A stretch of DNA of 64,000 nucleotides from an uncultured Acidobacteriaceae bacterium. Lineage in GTDB: Bacteria > Acidobacteriota > Terriglobia > Terriglobales > Acidobacteriaceae. The notes beneath the pieces are model-generated. The model did no database searches and had not been told where the DNA came from. It was given only the letters and a program-made list of their open reading frames with translations. Below, piece by piece: positions 1 to 9,627 of this stretch (positions are counted from its first letter, which is position 1; every line of letters begins with the position of its first letter). The position numbers and the translations under genes are program-made. The DNA lies in NCBI GenBank assembly GCA_963794545.1, contig CAWCEH010000007.1:946196-1010195 (forward strand), in the 5' to 3' direction.

Positions 1-212
1 GGCTTGCCACCCTTGCCGGCGTGTTCACCATGGCCATCGGCAGACATGCCGTCAGTTACGGATTGCCCGTGGCCGCAGGAGTGACAATTTACGTCGCCGC
101 TTCCGATCTCATTCCAGAAGTGAACCGGGAACCTGGGGTGAAGATGGCGCTGGTGGTGTTCATCGGAGTGGCCGCGCTGTTTGTGCTCGATCGGCTGGTG
201 CATGTGCATTAG
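1..212 (+). CDS. ZIP-family metal cation transporter, C-terminal fragment (5' end outside window)
   Basis: Frame is open to the window edge. The tail AAGVTIYVAASDLIPEV...VFIGVAALFVLDRLV resembles the last TM helices of ZupT/ZIP permeases. Confidence 0.55.
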   Translation, partial: LATLAGVFTMAIGRHAVSYGLPVAAGVTIYVAASDLIPEVNREPGVKMALVVFIGVAALFVLDRLVHVH

Positions 213-318
213 GGCGAGCACAAACGCAGATCCTTCGACTCCGCGCCCGCCCGACTCGCAAAGGAAGCGAGTCGGAAAGGACATGCGGGCGCTGCGCTCA
301 GGATGACAATAATTGGGG

Positions 319-1092
319 TTATCGCGTGGATCTGCGCTTGGGTTGGAAGGCGTAGAAATACCACTTCAGATATTGGGGCAACCACGCCCATATCTTGAAC
401 CGCGACTCACCCTGCGTTCTGCCCCGCCAGGTTGCCGGTATCTCCACAATGCGATAGCCGGAGAGGAAAGCTTTCACGGTAATTTCGAGGCTAAGTTCGA
501 AGCCCGCTTTGCTCTCGATCGTGAGGTCGTGAAGCATTTTGCTGTCGTAGAGCTTGAACGCATTCGTCGCGTCGTGAGTGGGAATCCCGCGGAACCAGTG
601 CAGAGTGAGACCGGCAACCCGCGACATCGCACCTTTCAGGGGAGGGGCATCCAGCAGCCGGCCGCCGCGCATGTAGCGACTGCCAGCGACTACCTGATAT
701 CCCTGACGGTAGTATTCAACCATCTGGTCCACTTTTGCGAGGTCATCCGAAAGGTCGGCCATAATTACCAGCACCGGACCGCTTTCGACCTGGTCGAAGC
801 CCGTGCGGATGGCACCGATTACACCTTTTCCCAAGTTGTTCTTAATTGGAACCAGGCGGGTTTCGCCCGACGAGATGATCTGCTGCAGAACGGGAACGGT
901 GTTGTCCTCGTCGAAGTCATAAACCACGAAGGCCCGAAACCGGGAGCGAATTTGAGAAGTGATCTCGCTCCACAATGCGGGGAAGTTGGCTCTTTCGTTG
1001 TAAACGGGAATGACCAGGGTCAGTTCGTACGAAGTCAGTTCGGGTCCGGCATCCACTAGATCTGACCTACTTCGATCTGGCCCGCAACCCAA
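319..1092 (-). CDS. family 2 glycosyltransferase (polyprenol-phosphate sugar transferase-like)
   Basis: LVIPVYNE...VVYDFDEDNT...ADLSDD motifs are typical of GT2. An alternative GTG start at 1056 overlaps the upstream stop (TAGTG coupling). Confidence 0.8.
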   Translation of the reverse strand: MGCGPDRSRSDLVDAGPELTSYELTLVIPVYNERANFPALWSEITSQIRSRFRAFVVYDFDEDNTVPVLQQIISSGETRLVPIKNNLGKGVIGAIRTGFDQVESGPVLVIMADLSDDLAKVDQMVEYYRQGYQVVAGSRYMRGGRLLDAPPLKGAMSRVAGLTLHWFRGIPTHDATNAFKLYDSKMLHDLTIESKAGFELSLEITVKAFLSGYRIVEIPATWRGRTQGESRFKIWAWLPQYLKWYFYAFQPKRRSTR

Positions 1093-2078
1093 GGAATGAC
1101 TTCGTCCAATATCTCGCTCAAGCTGGTTGTGGCTTCGAATCCGAGCAGCAGCCTAGCCTTTCGCGTATCGGGTGAGCGTTCCTGCACGTCGTACTCGAAT
1201 GGCGGGTCGGAAACATAGCGGAACGGCTTGCTGTCGCCATGCACCTTATGCCAGATGATCTCGGCCAGCTCCAGAACGGTCGTGCGAGTTGGAGTAGAAA
1301 GGTTGAAGTCCTGGTTAATGGCAGCAGGATGTTCCAGGCAAATTTTTATTCCCTTAGCCAGGTCGCCACCATATGTGTAGTGCCGGACTTGATTTCCGGA
1401 ACCGAGGATGTGAAGGGGGTCCTGGCCTTTGAGGACCTTTTGCGCGAGATCGGGTACTACATGCGACATTGCGAGCTTCACGTTGCCGCTATAGATGTCA
1501 CGGTCATGCAACGCCCGCTTTTCGCCAACGCCTACGCAATTGAACGGGCGCACGATGGTGTAAGGCAGCTTGTACTGCTCCCACGCACCCTGGACAAAAT
1601 ACTCGGTCGCCAGCTTCTGAAAACCGTACGTCGAACGCGGCGGTGGGCAGCGGTGCTCGGCGCCTTCGGGGGTGGGATATTCCGAAGTACTCTCGAACAC
1701 CATGCTGGACGACATTACGGTTATCTTTTGCAGCTTTTTGTTTTGATGAGCGTAGATGGCAGCATCGAAGGACGCAGCCGTGATGCGTTCATTCTCCGCC
1801 AGCAGGTCGTAGGCATATTCGTGGAAGTAGCTGATGCCGCCAATCATTGCGGCCGAGGCAACAAAGTGATCGCAGTCGGAGAGCAAGTCCTTCAGCAAGG
1901 ACACGTCCTTACAGTTGGCCTCGACGAATCGATAGTGCGGATGTTTGTCGTACGACTTTTCCACTCGGCCGTACTTGCTGAAGTTATCAACCCCAACAAC
2001 TTCATAGCCGGCTTGAAGCAACTCCTCGACCAGGTAGCCGCAAATAAATCCGGCGGAGCCAGTGACCAGTACTTTCAT
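1056..2078 (-). CDS. NAD-dependent epimerase/dehydratase (SDR family)
   Basis: MKVLVTGSAGFICGYL Rossmann motif. The ATG at 2078 overlaps the upstream stop as ATGA. The longer track ORF (to 2294) is an Arg-rich artefactual extension. Confidence 0.85.
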   Translation of the reverse strand: MKVLVTGSAGFICGYLVEELLQAGYEVVGVDNFSKYGRVEKSYDKHPHYRFVEANCKDVSLLKDLLSDCDHFVASAAMIGGISYFHEYAYDLLAENERITAASFDAAIYAHQNKKLQKITVMSSSMVFESTSEYPTPEGAEHRCPPPRSTYGFQKLATEYFVQGAWEQYKLPYTIVRPFNCVGVGEKRALHDRDIYSGNVKLAMSHVVPDLAQKVLKGQDPLHILGSGNQVRHYTYGGDLAKGIKICLEHPAAINQDFNLSTPTRTTVLELAEIIWHKVHGDSKPFRYVSDPPFEYDVQERSPDTRKARLLLGFEATTSLSEILDEVIPWVAGQIEVGQI

Positions 2079-3427
2079 GACCGCTCTCCTCCCGCCGCAA
2101 CCGGTATGGAAGGCTGGGGAGACTCTCCCTGGCGTTCCGGCCAATAGTTCCAGATATCGACCACGATCCGGTCGGCCGGAATTTGAAGATCCCGGTAGGC
2201 CGCGTGTGGCGCTCCGAGCACAAATATTTGAGCCCGACTGAGCGCTTCGTTTAGCGGCACAAGTCGCGGGTCGGGCACGTAAGGGTCGGTGCACAGGACC
2301 TCTTTGGCCTCGACCTCCAGCAGCTTCTTCAGCTTGTAAGACAGGCTGTCACGATTGTCGTCAGACTCTCCCTTGAAGGCCATTCCGAGGATCGCAACGG
2401 TCTTATCGGCAAGATTAAGCGGACGCATCTGCGTGACCACGAAGTCAGGAAGGCCCTCGTTCACCAGCATGGCGGCGTGACCTAGGAAAAAATGATTGGA
2501 GGAAAACGCCGAAAGCTGAAGTGTGTCCTTGAGCAAACAAGGACCGGCCGCGAAGCCGGCACGGGCGAAACTCCTCATCCTGGGATATTCGCGAGTGACC
2601 GCATCATGGATGCGGTAGAAGTCGAGGCCGTAGGTTTCGGCCAGCATGTAGAACTGGTTCGCGATAGCGAAGTTCAGGTATCGCCAGCTGTTGGTGAACA
2701 GCTTGGCCAACTCCGCTTCCAGTGGTGACAATTCAATGACCGTAGATACGATTCTCAGGAATAATTCACGCGCCCTCTGCATCGCCCCAGGTTCGAATGC
2801 CGCCACAATCTGCGGCAGCTTGACCAGTTCCTCCATGGCATTGCCTTCAGCAATGCGTTCAGGACAGAACGCCAGATCGATATCGCGTCCCAGGGATTTG
2901 ATTCTCTGGTACACCAGCTTGGTTACGCCGGGGCTGACGGTGCTCCGCAAAACCAGCAAGGTCCCGTCCCTAATGTGCTGAAGCATGCCGTCCACACTCT
3001 GATACAGCTCGTTAACGGTGGGATTTAGGTGCCGGTCAACCGGAGTGCCGACAACGGTGATGACGATATCCGCTAGTCGCAAGCATTTAGTGTCGGTAGT
3101 GGCTGCAAGAGTTTTACCCAGGACCTGCCTCAGAACGGGCTCAGCGCCAGCTTCGCGGAAGGGCATCTGGCCGGAGTTGATTTTCTCGACCTTAGCTGCG
3201 TCGATATCGAGTAGGGAGATTGACAATCCGCGGCTGGCCAGTACGATTCCTAGCGGCAGGCCGACGTGTCCACAGCCGCCCACAATGACGAGGTTCTGTT
3301 GATTTGACAAGGAGATTTCCTTAGTAGGGCGTTGAAGCGCAATTTTACCGCATTCATAAGCAGGCGTCGCGCTAGTGCCGGCCGAGAGCATCGTCAGGTG
3401 TTGTCCTCGGCTCTGACGTGTGAGCAC
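2075..3427 (-). CDS. nucleotide-sugar dehydrogenase (UDP-glucose/GDP-mannose dehydrogenase family)
   Basis: NLVIVGGCGHVGLPLG Rossmann motif, with central and C-terminal UDPG_MGDP_dh-like regions. The maximal ORF starts with GTG at 3427. A TTG at 3310 preceded by AAGGAA is a likelier start (MSNQQNLVIVGG...). Confidence 0.85.
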   Translation of the reverse strand: MLTRQSRGQHLTMLSAGTSATPAYECGKIALQRPTKEISLSNQQNLVIVGGCGHVGLPLGIVLASRGLSISLLDIDAAKVEKINSGQMPFREAGAEPVLRQVLGKTLAATTDTKCLRLADIVITVVGTPVDRHLNPTVNELYQSVDGMLQHIRDGTLLVLRSTVSPGVTKLVYQRIKSLGRDIDLAFCPERIAEGNAMEELVKLPQIVAAFEPGAMQRARELFLRIVSTVIELSPLEAELAKLFTNSWRYLNFAIANQFYMLAETYGLDFYRIHDAVTREYPRMRSFARAGFAAGPCLLKDTLQLSAFSSNHFFLGHAAMLVNEGLPDFVVTQMRPLNLADKTVAILGMAFKGESDDNRDSLSYKLKKLLEVEAKEVLCTDPYVPDPRLVPLNEALSRAQIFVLGAPHAAYRDLQIPADRIVVDIWNYWPERQGESPQPSIPVAAGGERS

Positions 3428-4129
3428 CGTCTGTCGCGACTGGAAGAGCCGGAACCTTGTACGATGGGACGTGCAAGACGACCTGTCTTTCAGAACTTCG
3501 TGTCGGCAGATCTCCTGGCAGCCAGCTTTCGATTAACAACGGTCGGGATGAAGGACTCCTCGACAAAAAGCCCATTACCCGTATCTTCGATTGCTTACTT
3601 CTCCCCCCGGTTAGTGGGTTGGCAGCTCCTCAACCCAATGATGAGTTGCTGCAAGATGGTCGAATTGGTTTGGGTCACGGCATCGAGGAAGTTCCCGTAG
3701 TTGGCGGCATTCGAGTTCCGAATAGTGCAAGTTGTTCGTGCGTACCAAACTAGAGCAGCCGTCTGCATCGATTAACATATCTTTTGCGTAACTCGTCTGA
3801 TTGTTTAGGAGTTTGTGCCGCTCCAAGGGCGTACAATTACAGGATTGCATCGACAACGAGGAAACTTAAGTGGCTGCGCGGTAACGCTTGAATGGTGTCA
3901 CGGCGGGCCGCACGGGAAAAGTGATCGGGCCGAGAGAGTGCAAAAGGGGAAGTGAATCTTTCGACGGCCCCTGGAAACCGCAAGGCAGCGCTAGGCTTTG
4001 GTGCCGAGATGTTGAGAAGGCTCGAACGTCATCGGCGCAAGGCCCTCTGCCTCGTAGGCGCTTCTCAAGATTTTTGCTTGGCTGGAGCCCTCTCGAGCCC
4101 TCAAGGAAGTGAACTCGGCTGGAACGGAT

Positions 4130-4145
4130 GTGCAAAGATTTGCAC
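4130..4145. promoter_or_regulatory. perfect palindrome GTGCAAA-GA-TTTGCAC upstream of the exosortase gene (candidate operator)
   Basis: 7-bp inverted repeat with a 2-nt spacer, about 155 nt upstream of the 4302 start. It lies inside an 870-bp non-coding divergent region. Confidence 0.25.
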
Positions 4146-4301
4146 TAGTTGCATTCAAAGTTTTGCGCTTCCGGAAATTGCCGGCCAGAACTGTTTGATT
4201 ATAAGATATTTATCTAGTATGCTATCTTCCGCTCTCGGCCAAATAATTGCACATACCCGTAGAGGGACTGCGAAAGAAATCACAACAGGGAGTGAGAACT
4301 A

Positions 4302-5291
4302 GTGGCGCTGGCCGGCACCAAACCGACGAGTACTGCTTTGACCCACCCGCCCGACGATCAAGTCGTGTTGGATGACAACAGCGCTCCGAAATCTTCGACC
4401 TTGTGGCAAACCCTCAAGCCTTTCGGCTGGCAGGGGTTGCTGCTGGCCGGAGTGTTGGTCGTGCTGTACGCACCAGTTCTGAAGCTTCTGGTCCGTCAGT
4501 GGTACATCGACGCGGACTACTCCCACGGATTTCTCGTACCTTTGCTGTCGCTTTACTTGCTCTGGCAGCGGCGGGAAAAACTGCGCGAGATAACGAGGCG
4601 TCCGTCGCCTTGGGGAATGTTAATCGTCTTGCTGTCGATCGGGCTTCTTTTTCTGGGCAGCTTGGGGGCGGAACTCTTCCTGGCCCGCATCTCGATTTTA
4701 GGCACCATCTGTGGTTTGATCGTCTATTTTTGCGGCGGCACCCTGCTGCGCGCTATGGCCTTCCCCTTGGCGTTCTTGCTATTCGCAATTCCGATACCGG
4801 CTCTGATCTACAACGAGATCGTTTTCCCCCTGCAGTTTATAGCTTCCAGATTCGCAACTTCGACGTTGGAGATGCTCAATCTATTTCCCATCATGCGTGA
4901 GGGCAACGTTCTCATCCTGCCCAACATGTCGCTGGAAGTGGTGGAGGCATGCAGCGGTATTCGGTCGCTGATGTCGCTGCTGGCTCTGGCTGCCGGATAC
5001 GGGTATCTAGCCGAACGCAGCACTGCGGTGCGCTGGCTGTTGTTCCTGGCAATGGTCCCCCTGGCCATTATCAGCAACGGTACCCGGGTCATGATAACCG
5101 CACTGATGGCCAACTACATCGGTCCCCGGGCAGCCGAAGGATTCATGCACGAGTTTTCCGGTTGGGTAATCTTCGTGGTGGCCACGGTGCTATTTTTGGG
5201 GTTGCACAGTTTGACGATTGTGGTACGCAAGAAAATGGGATGGTTACCGAAAGGTGAAAGCGGACCATCAGCAGCGAAGGTGAGCCGATGA
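4302..5291 (+). CDS. exosortase (EpsH/Xrt family transpeptidase)
   Basis: Polytopic membrane protein with YIDADYSHGFLVP, the active-site-like EACSGIRSL motif and NGTRV. GTG start with GGGAG upstream. Confidence 0.85.
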   Translation: MALAGTKPTSTALTHPPDDQVVLDDNSAPKSSTLWQTLKPFGWQGLLLAGVLVVLYAPVLKLLVRQWYIDADYSHGFLVPLLSLYLLWQRREKLREITRRPSPWGMLIVLLSIGLLFLGSLGAELFLARISILGTICGLIVYFCGGTLLRAMAFPLAFLLFAIPIPALIYNEIVFPLQFIASRFATSTLEMLNLFPIMREGNVLILPNMSLEVVEACSGIRSLMSLLALAAGYGYLAERSTAVRWLLFLAMVPLAIISNGTRVMITALMANYIGPRAAEGFMHEFSGWVIFVVATVLFLGLHSLTIVVRKKMGWLPKGESGPSAAKVSR

Positions 5292-5929
5292 AATCCGGCG
5301 GCCGCTATTGGCTCATGATTGCTGTGCTGGTGGGAGCGACGACCGGCATGGCGTACCTGTCGCACGGAGAGGCCACTCCGCCCGCCAAGCCGCTCTCTGA
5401 GTTTCCCAATCAGATCGGGGGATACACTACCGGCGCCAATTGGCCGCTTGACAAAGCGACCATCGATTTGCTTGGGGTGACAGACTACCTCAACCGCGGT
5501 TATGTTTCGAAGTCGCAGGGCTTGATCACCCTGTACATTGGGTATTTCCGCAGTCAGCGTACCGGTGCCGCCATTCACTCCCCCAAGAATTGTTTGCCGG
5601 GAGCAGGTTGGACGCCAACGCAGGAAAGCGTCTACCAACTTCCTCTCCAGGATGGGCGTAAAGTACCTATCAATCTTTATGTGGTCCGCAAGGACTTGGA
5701 CGAACAACTCGTGTTGTATTGGTACCAGGCGCATGGCCGTGTGGTGGCCAGCGAATACTGGGGTAAGCTCTATTTGGTGTATGACGCGATCCGCTTGAAC
5801 CGCACCGACGCCGCTCTGGTTCGTATCACCACTCCGATTTACAACGGTGATGAGGAGCAGGCGCGGACGCGGGCGCTGGCATTCGCGAAACAAATTACAA
5901 GTGACGTTGATCAGATCATTCCTCGGTGA
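5288..5929 (+). CDS. epsI: EpsI-family exosortase-associated protein
   Basis: ATGA overlap with the exosortase gene. Single N-terminal TM helix and an IHSPKNCLPGAGW motif typical of EpsI. Confidence 0.75.
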   Translation: MKSGGRYWLMIAVLVGATTGMAYLSHGEATPPAKPLSEFPNQIGGYTTGANWPLDKATIDLLGVTDYLNRGYVSKSQGLITLYIGYFRSQRTGAAIHSPKNCLPGAGWTPTQESVYQLPLQDGRKVPINLYVVRKDLDEQLVLYWYQAHGRVVASEYWGKLYLVYDAIRLNRTDAALVRITTPIYNGDEEQARTRALAFAKQITSDVDQIIPR

Positions 5930-5942
5930 CCCAGGAGAAGGC

Positions 5943-8231
5943 ATGCGTAACCGCTACATCGTCTTTGTTGTAATGACCGTACTGGCAATCGTTCTCGTTG
6001 GTTGTACTCGTAATCCAGAAACCGCCAAACGCAAGCGCGTTGAGAGTGGCATGAAGTACATGGAGCAGAAGAAGTACGATCATGCGATCATCGAGTTTAA
6101 GAAGGCCTTGCAAATCGATCCGCGTTACGCCGAAGCCCATTATCAACTAGCGACTGCCGAGATGGACTTGCAGCACTTTCCTGAAGGGTACAGGGAACTC
6201 AGCCAGGCGGTTGAGCTCGACCCCAACCACTTCAAGGCGCGCCTTGCGTTGGGCGGCTTGTTGATGGCTGCCCATAAGTTCGACAAGGCGGAAGAGCAGG
6301 CGCGCTACGTCGTCGAGCACGATCCCAATAATGCGGATGGATATGTCCTCCTCGGCAACTCTCTTCTTGCCCAGAAACACCAGCAGGAGGCTATTGATGC
6401 ATTCACTAAGGCGATCTCCCTGAGACCAAATAGTGCGGACGCATACCTTAATCGCGGTGTGTTGTATGCCTATATGAAGGAGGACGCTTCCGCCGAAGCG
6501 GATATGCGTAAAGCCATCAGTCTGGATCCTCAGAAACTGCCTGCCTACGCCAACCTCGCCGGGTACTACTTGTACATGAAGGACCCCAAGAAAGCGGAGG
6601 AGGTGTACCGGCTTGCGATCCAGAATAATCCCGACTCACCGGTCCCCTACCTGCGGCTAGCAGGTCTGCTGCTGCATGAAGACCGCAAAGCAGAAGGCGA
6701 ACAAGTAATTCAGCAGTTACGCGACAAGCAGCCGTCGTCTGCAGAGGTCGCGACCGCGGTTGGCGATTACTACCTGGCTTCAAGAAACACGGACGCCGCC
6801 ATCAAGGAATACCAGCGCGGTCTGAACTTCAACCCCAAGAACGAAGAGTTGCAACTGCGCTTGCTGGAAACGCTTCTCAATACCGGTAAGATCGACGACG
6901 CCACAAAACTGTCGGACCGTATGTTGAAGGAGAAGCCGGGCGATGTTATGGCGCGCATCATCCACGCGCGAATCCTAGCCATCAAGGGCAATACAGCCGA
7001 CGCCACCACTACGCTACGCGAAGTGGTCCACGATGCTCCAGACAATGCCCAGGCTCACTACATGCTAGGACAGGTGCTGCGTCAAACCGGCGATCTGGCG
7101 GGAGCCAAGAGTGAGTTGCAAGAAGCCGTGAAACAGCAGGCCTTTAGAGGTCAGCCAGACAGTCCGCTGGTCCTTAAGGCCCTGGCTGAAACCTACCGTG
7201 ACTCGCATGATTACGACACGGCCAGAGAATACGCAGCGCGTTTGCAAAAGCTGAACGAAAACAACCCCGAGGCGCATTATCTGAACGCTACTATAGACAT
7301 TGGCGCTAAGGACTACGCGGCCGCTCTCGACGAATTGAAGGAAGCACAAAAGGCCGCGCCGAATGATCCGATGGTCCATCTCAACATGGCATTTGCCTAC
7401 GCGGGGCAGAAAAAATACGCTGATGCAGAGCGTGAGTTCCAAACTACGATTAAGATGTACCCAACGTTTGACACGGCCTGGGCCGATTATATCTCTTTGT
7501 TGTTTGGAACCAACCAGTCGCCCAAGGCCCTGGCAATAGCCAACCAGTACGTCACCGCCAATCCGAACCGCGCTTCCGCGCACTTCATCTACGGTTCTGC
7601 CCTGGCTACCGTGAAGAAGTATGATCAAGCCATGGCGGAGTTCCAAAAGGTCCTTCAAATTGACCCTAAGTCGATGATGGCTTACTTCCGACTGGCTCAG
7701 CTTCATCAGGTGATGGGACAACCCGATGCAGCTTTGGACTCGTATCAGAAGGCGCTGGCACTACAGCCGACATCGTCAGCGGTGAATAATGCGATTGGGG
7801 ACGTTTATCTCAGCAAGGGGGATTTGAAGGCTGCAGGAAAGTATTTCCAAGCGGCGCTGGCCCAAAATTCTCATGATCCGGTAGCGGCCAACAATCTGGC
7901 ATGGGTTTATGCGATGCAGGGTGAAAACCTCGACATGGCGCTGAACCTGGCTACGCAGGCGAAACAAAGCGCTCCCAATATGACTGCGGTCAGCGACACC
8001 CTGGCCTGGATCCAGTACAAGAAGGGAAACTACCGCGTCTCCGTCTCGCTTGCCGAGGACGCCGTGAAAAAGGACCCGCAGAAAGCTGACTATCGTTATC
8101 ACTTGGGAATGGCTCTCAGAGGAGCAGGAGAAAGGGACCGGGCCAAGACCGAGTTGCAGAAAGCGCTGCAGTTGAACCTGAAGGGTACTGATGCGCAGGA
8201 GGCCCAGAAGACCCTGGCGTCTCTACAATAG
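5943..8231 (+). CDS. TPR-repeat lipoprotein, PrsT-like (PEP-CTERM system associated)
   Basis: AGGAGA Shine-Dalgarno 6 nt before the ATG at 5943. Lipobox LVGC. About 20 TPR units (repeated A..Y..G/A..P patterns). Position immediately after exosortase/EpsI. Confidence 0.7.
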   Translation: MRNRYIVFVVMTVLAIVLVGCTRNPETAKRKRVESGMKYMEQKKYDHAIIEFKKALQIDPRYAEAHYQLATAEMDLQHFPEGYRELSQAVELDPNHFKARLALGGLLMAAHKFDKAEEQARYVVEHDPNNADGYVLLGNSLLAQKHQQEAIDAFTKAISLRPNSADAYLNRGVLYAYMKEDASAEADMRKAISLDPQKLPAYANLAGYYLYMKDPKKAEEVYRLAIQNNPDSPVPYLRLAGLLLHEDRKAEGEQVIQQLRDKQPSSAEVATAVGDYYLASRNTDAAIKEYQRGLNFNPKNEELQLRLLETLLNTGKIDDATKLSDRMLKEKPGDVMARIIHARILAIKGNTADATTTLREVVHDAPDNAQAHYMLGQVLRQTGDLAGAKSELQEAVKQQAFRGQPDSPLVLKALAETYRDSHDYDTAREYAARLQKLNENNPEAHYLNATIDIGAKDYAAALDELKEAQKAAPNDPMVHLNMAFAYAGQKKYADAEREFQTTIKMYPTFDTAWADYISLLFGTNQSPKALAIANQYVTANPNRASAHFIYGSALATVKKYDQAMAEFQKVLQIDPKSMMAYFRLAQLHQVMGQPDAALDSYQKALALQPTSSAVNNAIGDVYLSKGDLKAAGKYFQAALAQNSHDPVAANNLAWVYAMQGENLDMALNLATQAKQSAPNMTAVSDTLAWIQYKKGNYRVSVSLAEDAVKKDPQKADYRYHLGMALRGAGERDRAKTELQKALQLNLKGTDAQEAQKTLASLQ

Positions 8232-8829
8232 CGTCACTAGCGCGATAGTCTCTGCGATGCTGCGCTGGCAGGCAAACGCGGGCCCTTGCGTATCGGCCCG
8301 ATGTCTTCGTCAGCGCAGCGACCCCATGAAGCTACCAAAGAGCTTCGATCCTCCGAGTTGTCGCATCACCTCCGATTCTTCCGCGGTGATTCATGAGCTG
8401 TCTATAAATGCGGCTTTACGGCTGCTGAAGAACTCTGGCGAAAGGCTTTGATGAGAGTCCCGTGTTTCAGCAGGGGAGATCTGGACTTTAGCTATACCGC
8501 CCCCAAGATTCTTCGATCCCGGCGCTACCGCGAAGTTGATCTTTTTCCGGAGCCCTGAAGCGCTCCTTTTCCCGCATGAAGGCGGGCTCCCGCCAAGACG
8601 TACACTTTGGTACACTCCCGGATCTTGCTAAGAATTTTCCCGCTGCCCGTGAATGCGCGTTCCACCCATCACAGGATAAGCGACCCTGCAACTGCTCTAT
8701 AGCCCGCAAGGCTTTGTTGGACAAGTTCACTCGGGCTTGTCAATCTGCACAAAGAAACTACTCAAGAATACGGCCGCAATTTTTCTTACCAATTCGAGAA
8801 GTTGAATCGGCCCTGCCTTTCTGCTAATC

Positions 8830-8847
8830 TAACTAACTGGTTAATTA
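8830..8847. promoter_or_regulatory. candidate TetR operator (TAACTAAC-TG-GTTAATTA)
   Basis: 8-bp inverted repeat with one mismatch, ending 3 nt before the tetR-family start codon. Confidence 0.3.
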
Positions 8848-8850
8848 GAA

Positions 8851-9627
8851 ATGTCTATCGAAATCTCATCTACGCCGCGGCGAGGCACCCGTCGCCAGCC
8901 TGCGGCAAGCCGAAGTGCGATTCTCCAGGCAGCTCTTGTCGAATTCGCCCAAGAGGGTCTCGCTGGGGCGCGCATGGACGCCATTGCTGCCGCTGCCGGA
9001 GTCAACAAGGCATTGCTGTACTACTACTTCCGCGACAAGGAAGCGCTGTACGGCGCGGTGCTCGATGATTTCTTCATCCGGCTCTTGGGGCGCGTCACGC
9101 AGGCTCTCGACAAGGAAGGCCCGGCTGGCGAGCGCCTGCTCACCTATGCGCGCGCGCATTTTGATTGCATTGCCGAATCTCCGCATTACGCGAGGCTGTT
9201 TCAAGGAGAGTTGATGAGCGCCGGCACCGGCCGATCGTCACACCTGACCCGCGTCGTGGAGCGATACATCCGGCCAATTTCCGTACGCTTGGTGGCAGTG
9301 TTGCAAGAGGGCATTGCGAGTGGAGAATTTCGGGATCTGGATGCCATGCAATTCGCGCCCTCGATGGCGGGGATGATTGTTCACTATTTTGTCGTGGCAC
9401 CCGTGGCACGCAAGCTTTTCTCGAGGGATCCCTTCTCGCCGGAGGCCCTTAAGCAAAGGCGCGCGGCCGTTCTCGATTTCATCGCGGCGGCGCTGTTCGC
9501 GGACCAGTCGGCCGGAGTAAAGCTGGCAGCGGAAGTGGCGAGGCGCACGGAAACGCAGCCCAAGATTGATTCGAAAGCTGCGAAGACACCAAGGCGCCGC
9601 TTCAATATGCAAGGGAAACGCAAATGA
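8851..9627 (+). CDS. TetR/AcrR family transcriptional regulator
   Basis: N-terminal HTH (ILQAALVEFAQEGLAGARMDAIAAAAGVNKALLYYYF). First gene of the efflux operon. Confidence 0.85.
   Translation: MSIEISSTPRRGTRRQPAASRSAILQAALVEFAQEGLAGARMDAIAAAAGVNKALLYYYFRDKEALYGAVLDDFFIRLLGRVTQALDKEGPAGERLLTYARAHFDCIAESPHYARLFQGELMSAGTGRSSHLTRVVERYIRPISVRLVAVLQEGIASGEFRDLDAMQFAPSMAGMIVHYFVVAPVARKLFSRDPFSPEALKQRRAAVLDFIAAALFADQSAGVKLAAEVARRTETQPKIDSKAAKTPRRRFNMQGKRK

Noticed and set aside
313-2147. Long ORFs antisense to annotated genes. Examples: 313-1059 (+), 1239-2147 (+), 5114-5944 (-), 9384-10271 (-), 12127-12858 (-), 45132-46094 (-), 56314-57018 (-), 57097-57903 (-), 57300-58316 (+)
   Set aside because: These are typical shadow ORFs of high-GC DNA. 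Their products are Arg/Gly/His-rich and low in complexity, they overlap genes with clear family motifs, and they lack ribosome-binding sites.
4118-4136. Sigma54 promoter (TGGAAC-N-GTGCA) upstream of the exosortase gene
   Set aside because: The GG-to-GC spacing is one nucleotide short of the -24/-12 consensus, and the -24 element is TGGAAC rather than TGGCAC. This is too weak to call.
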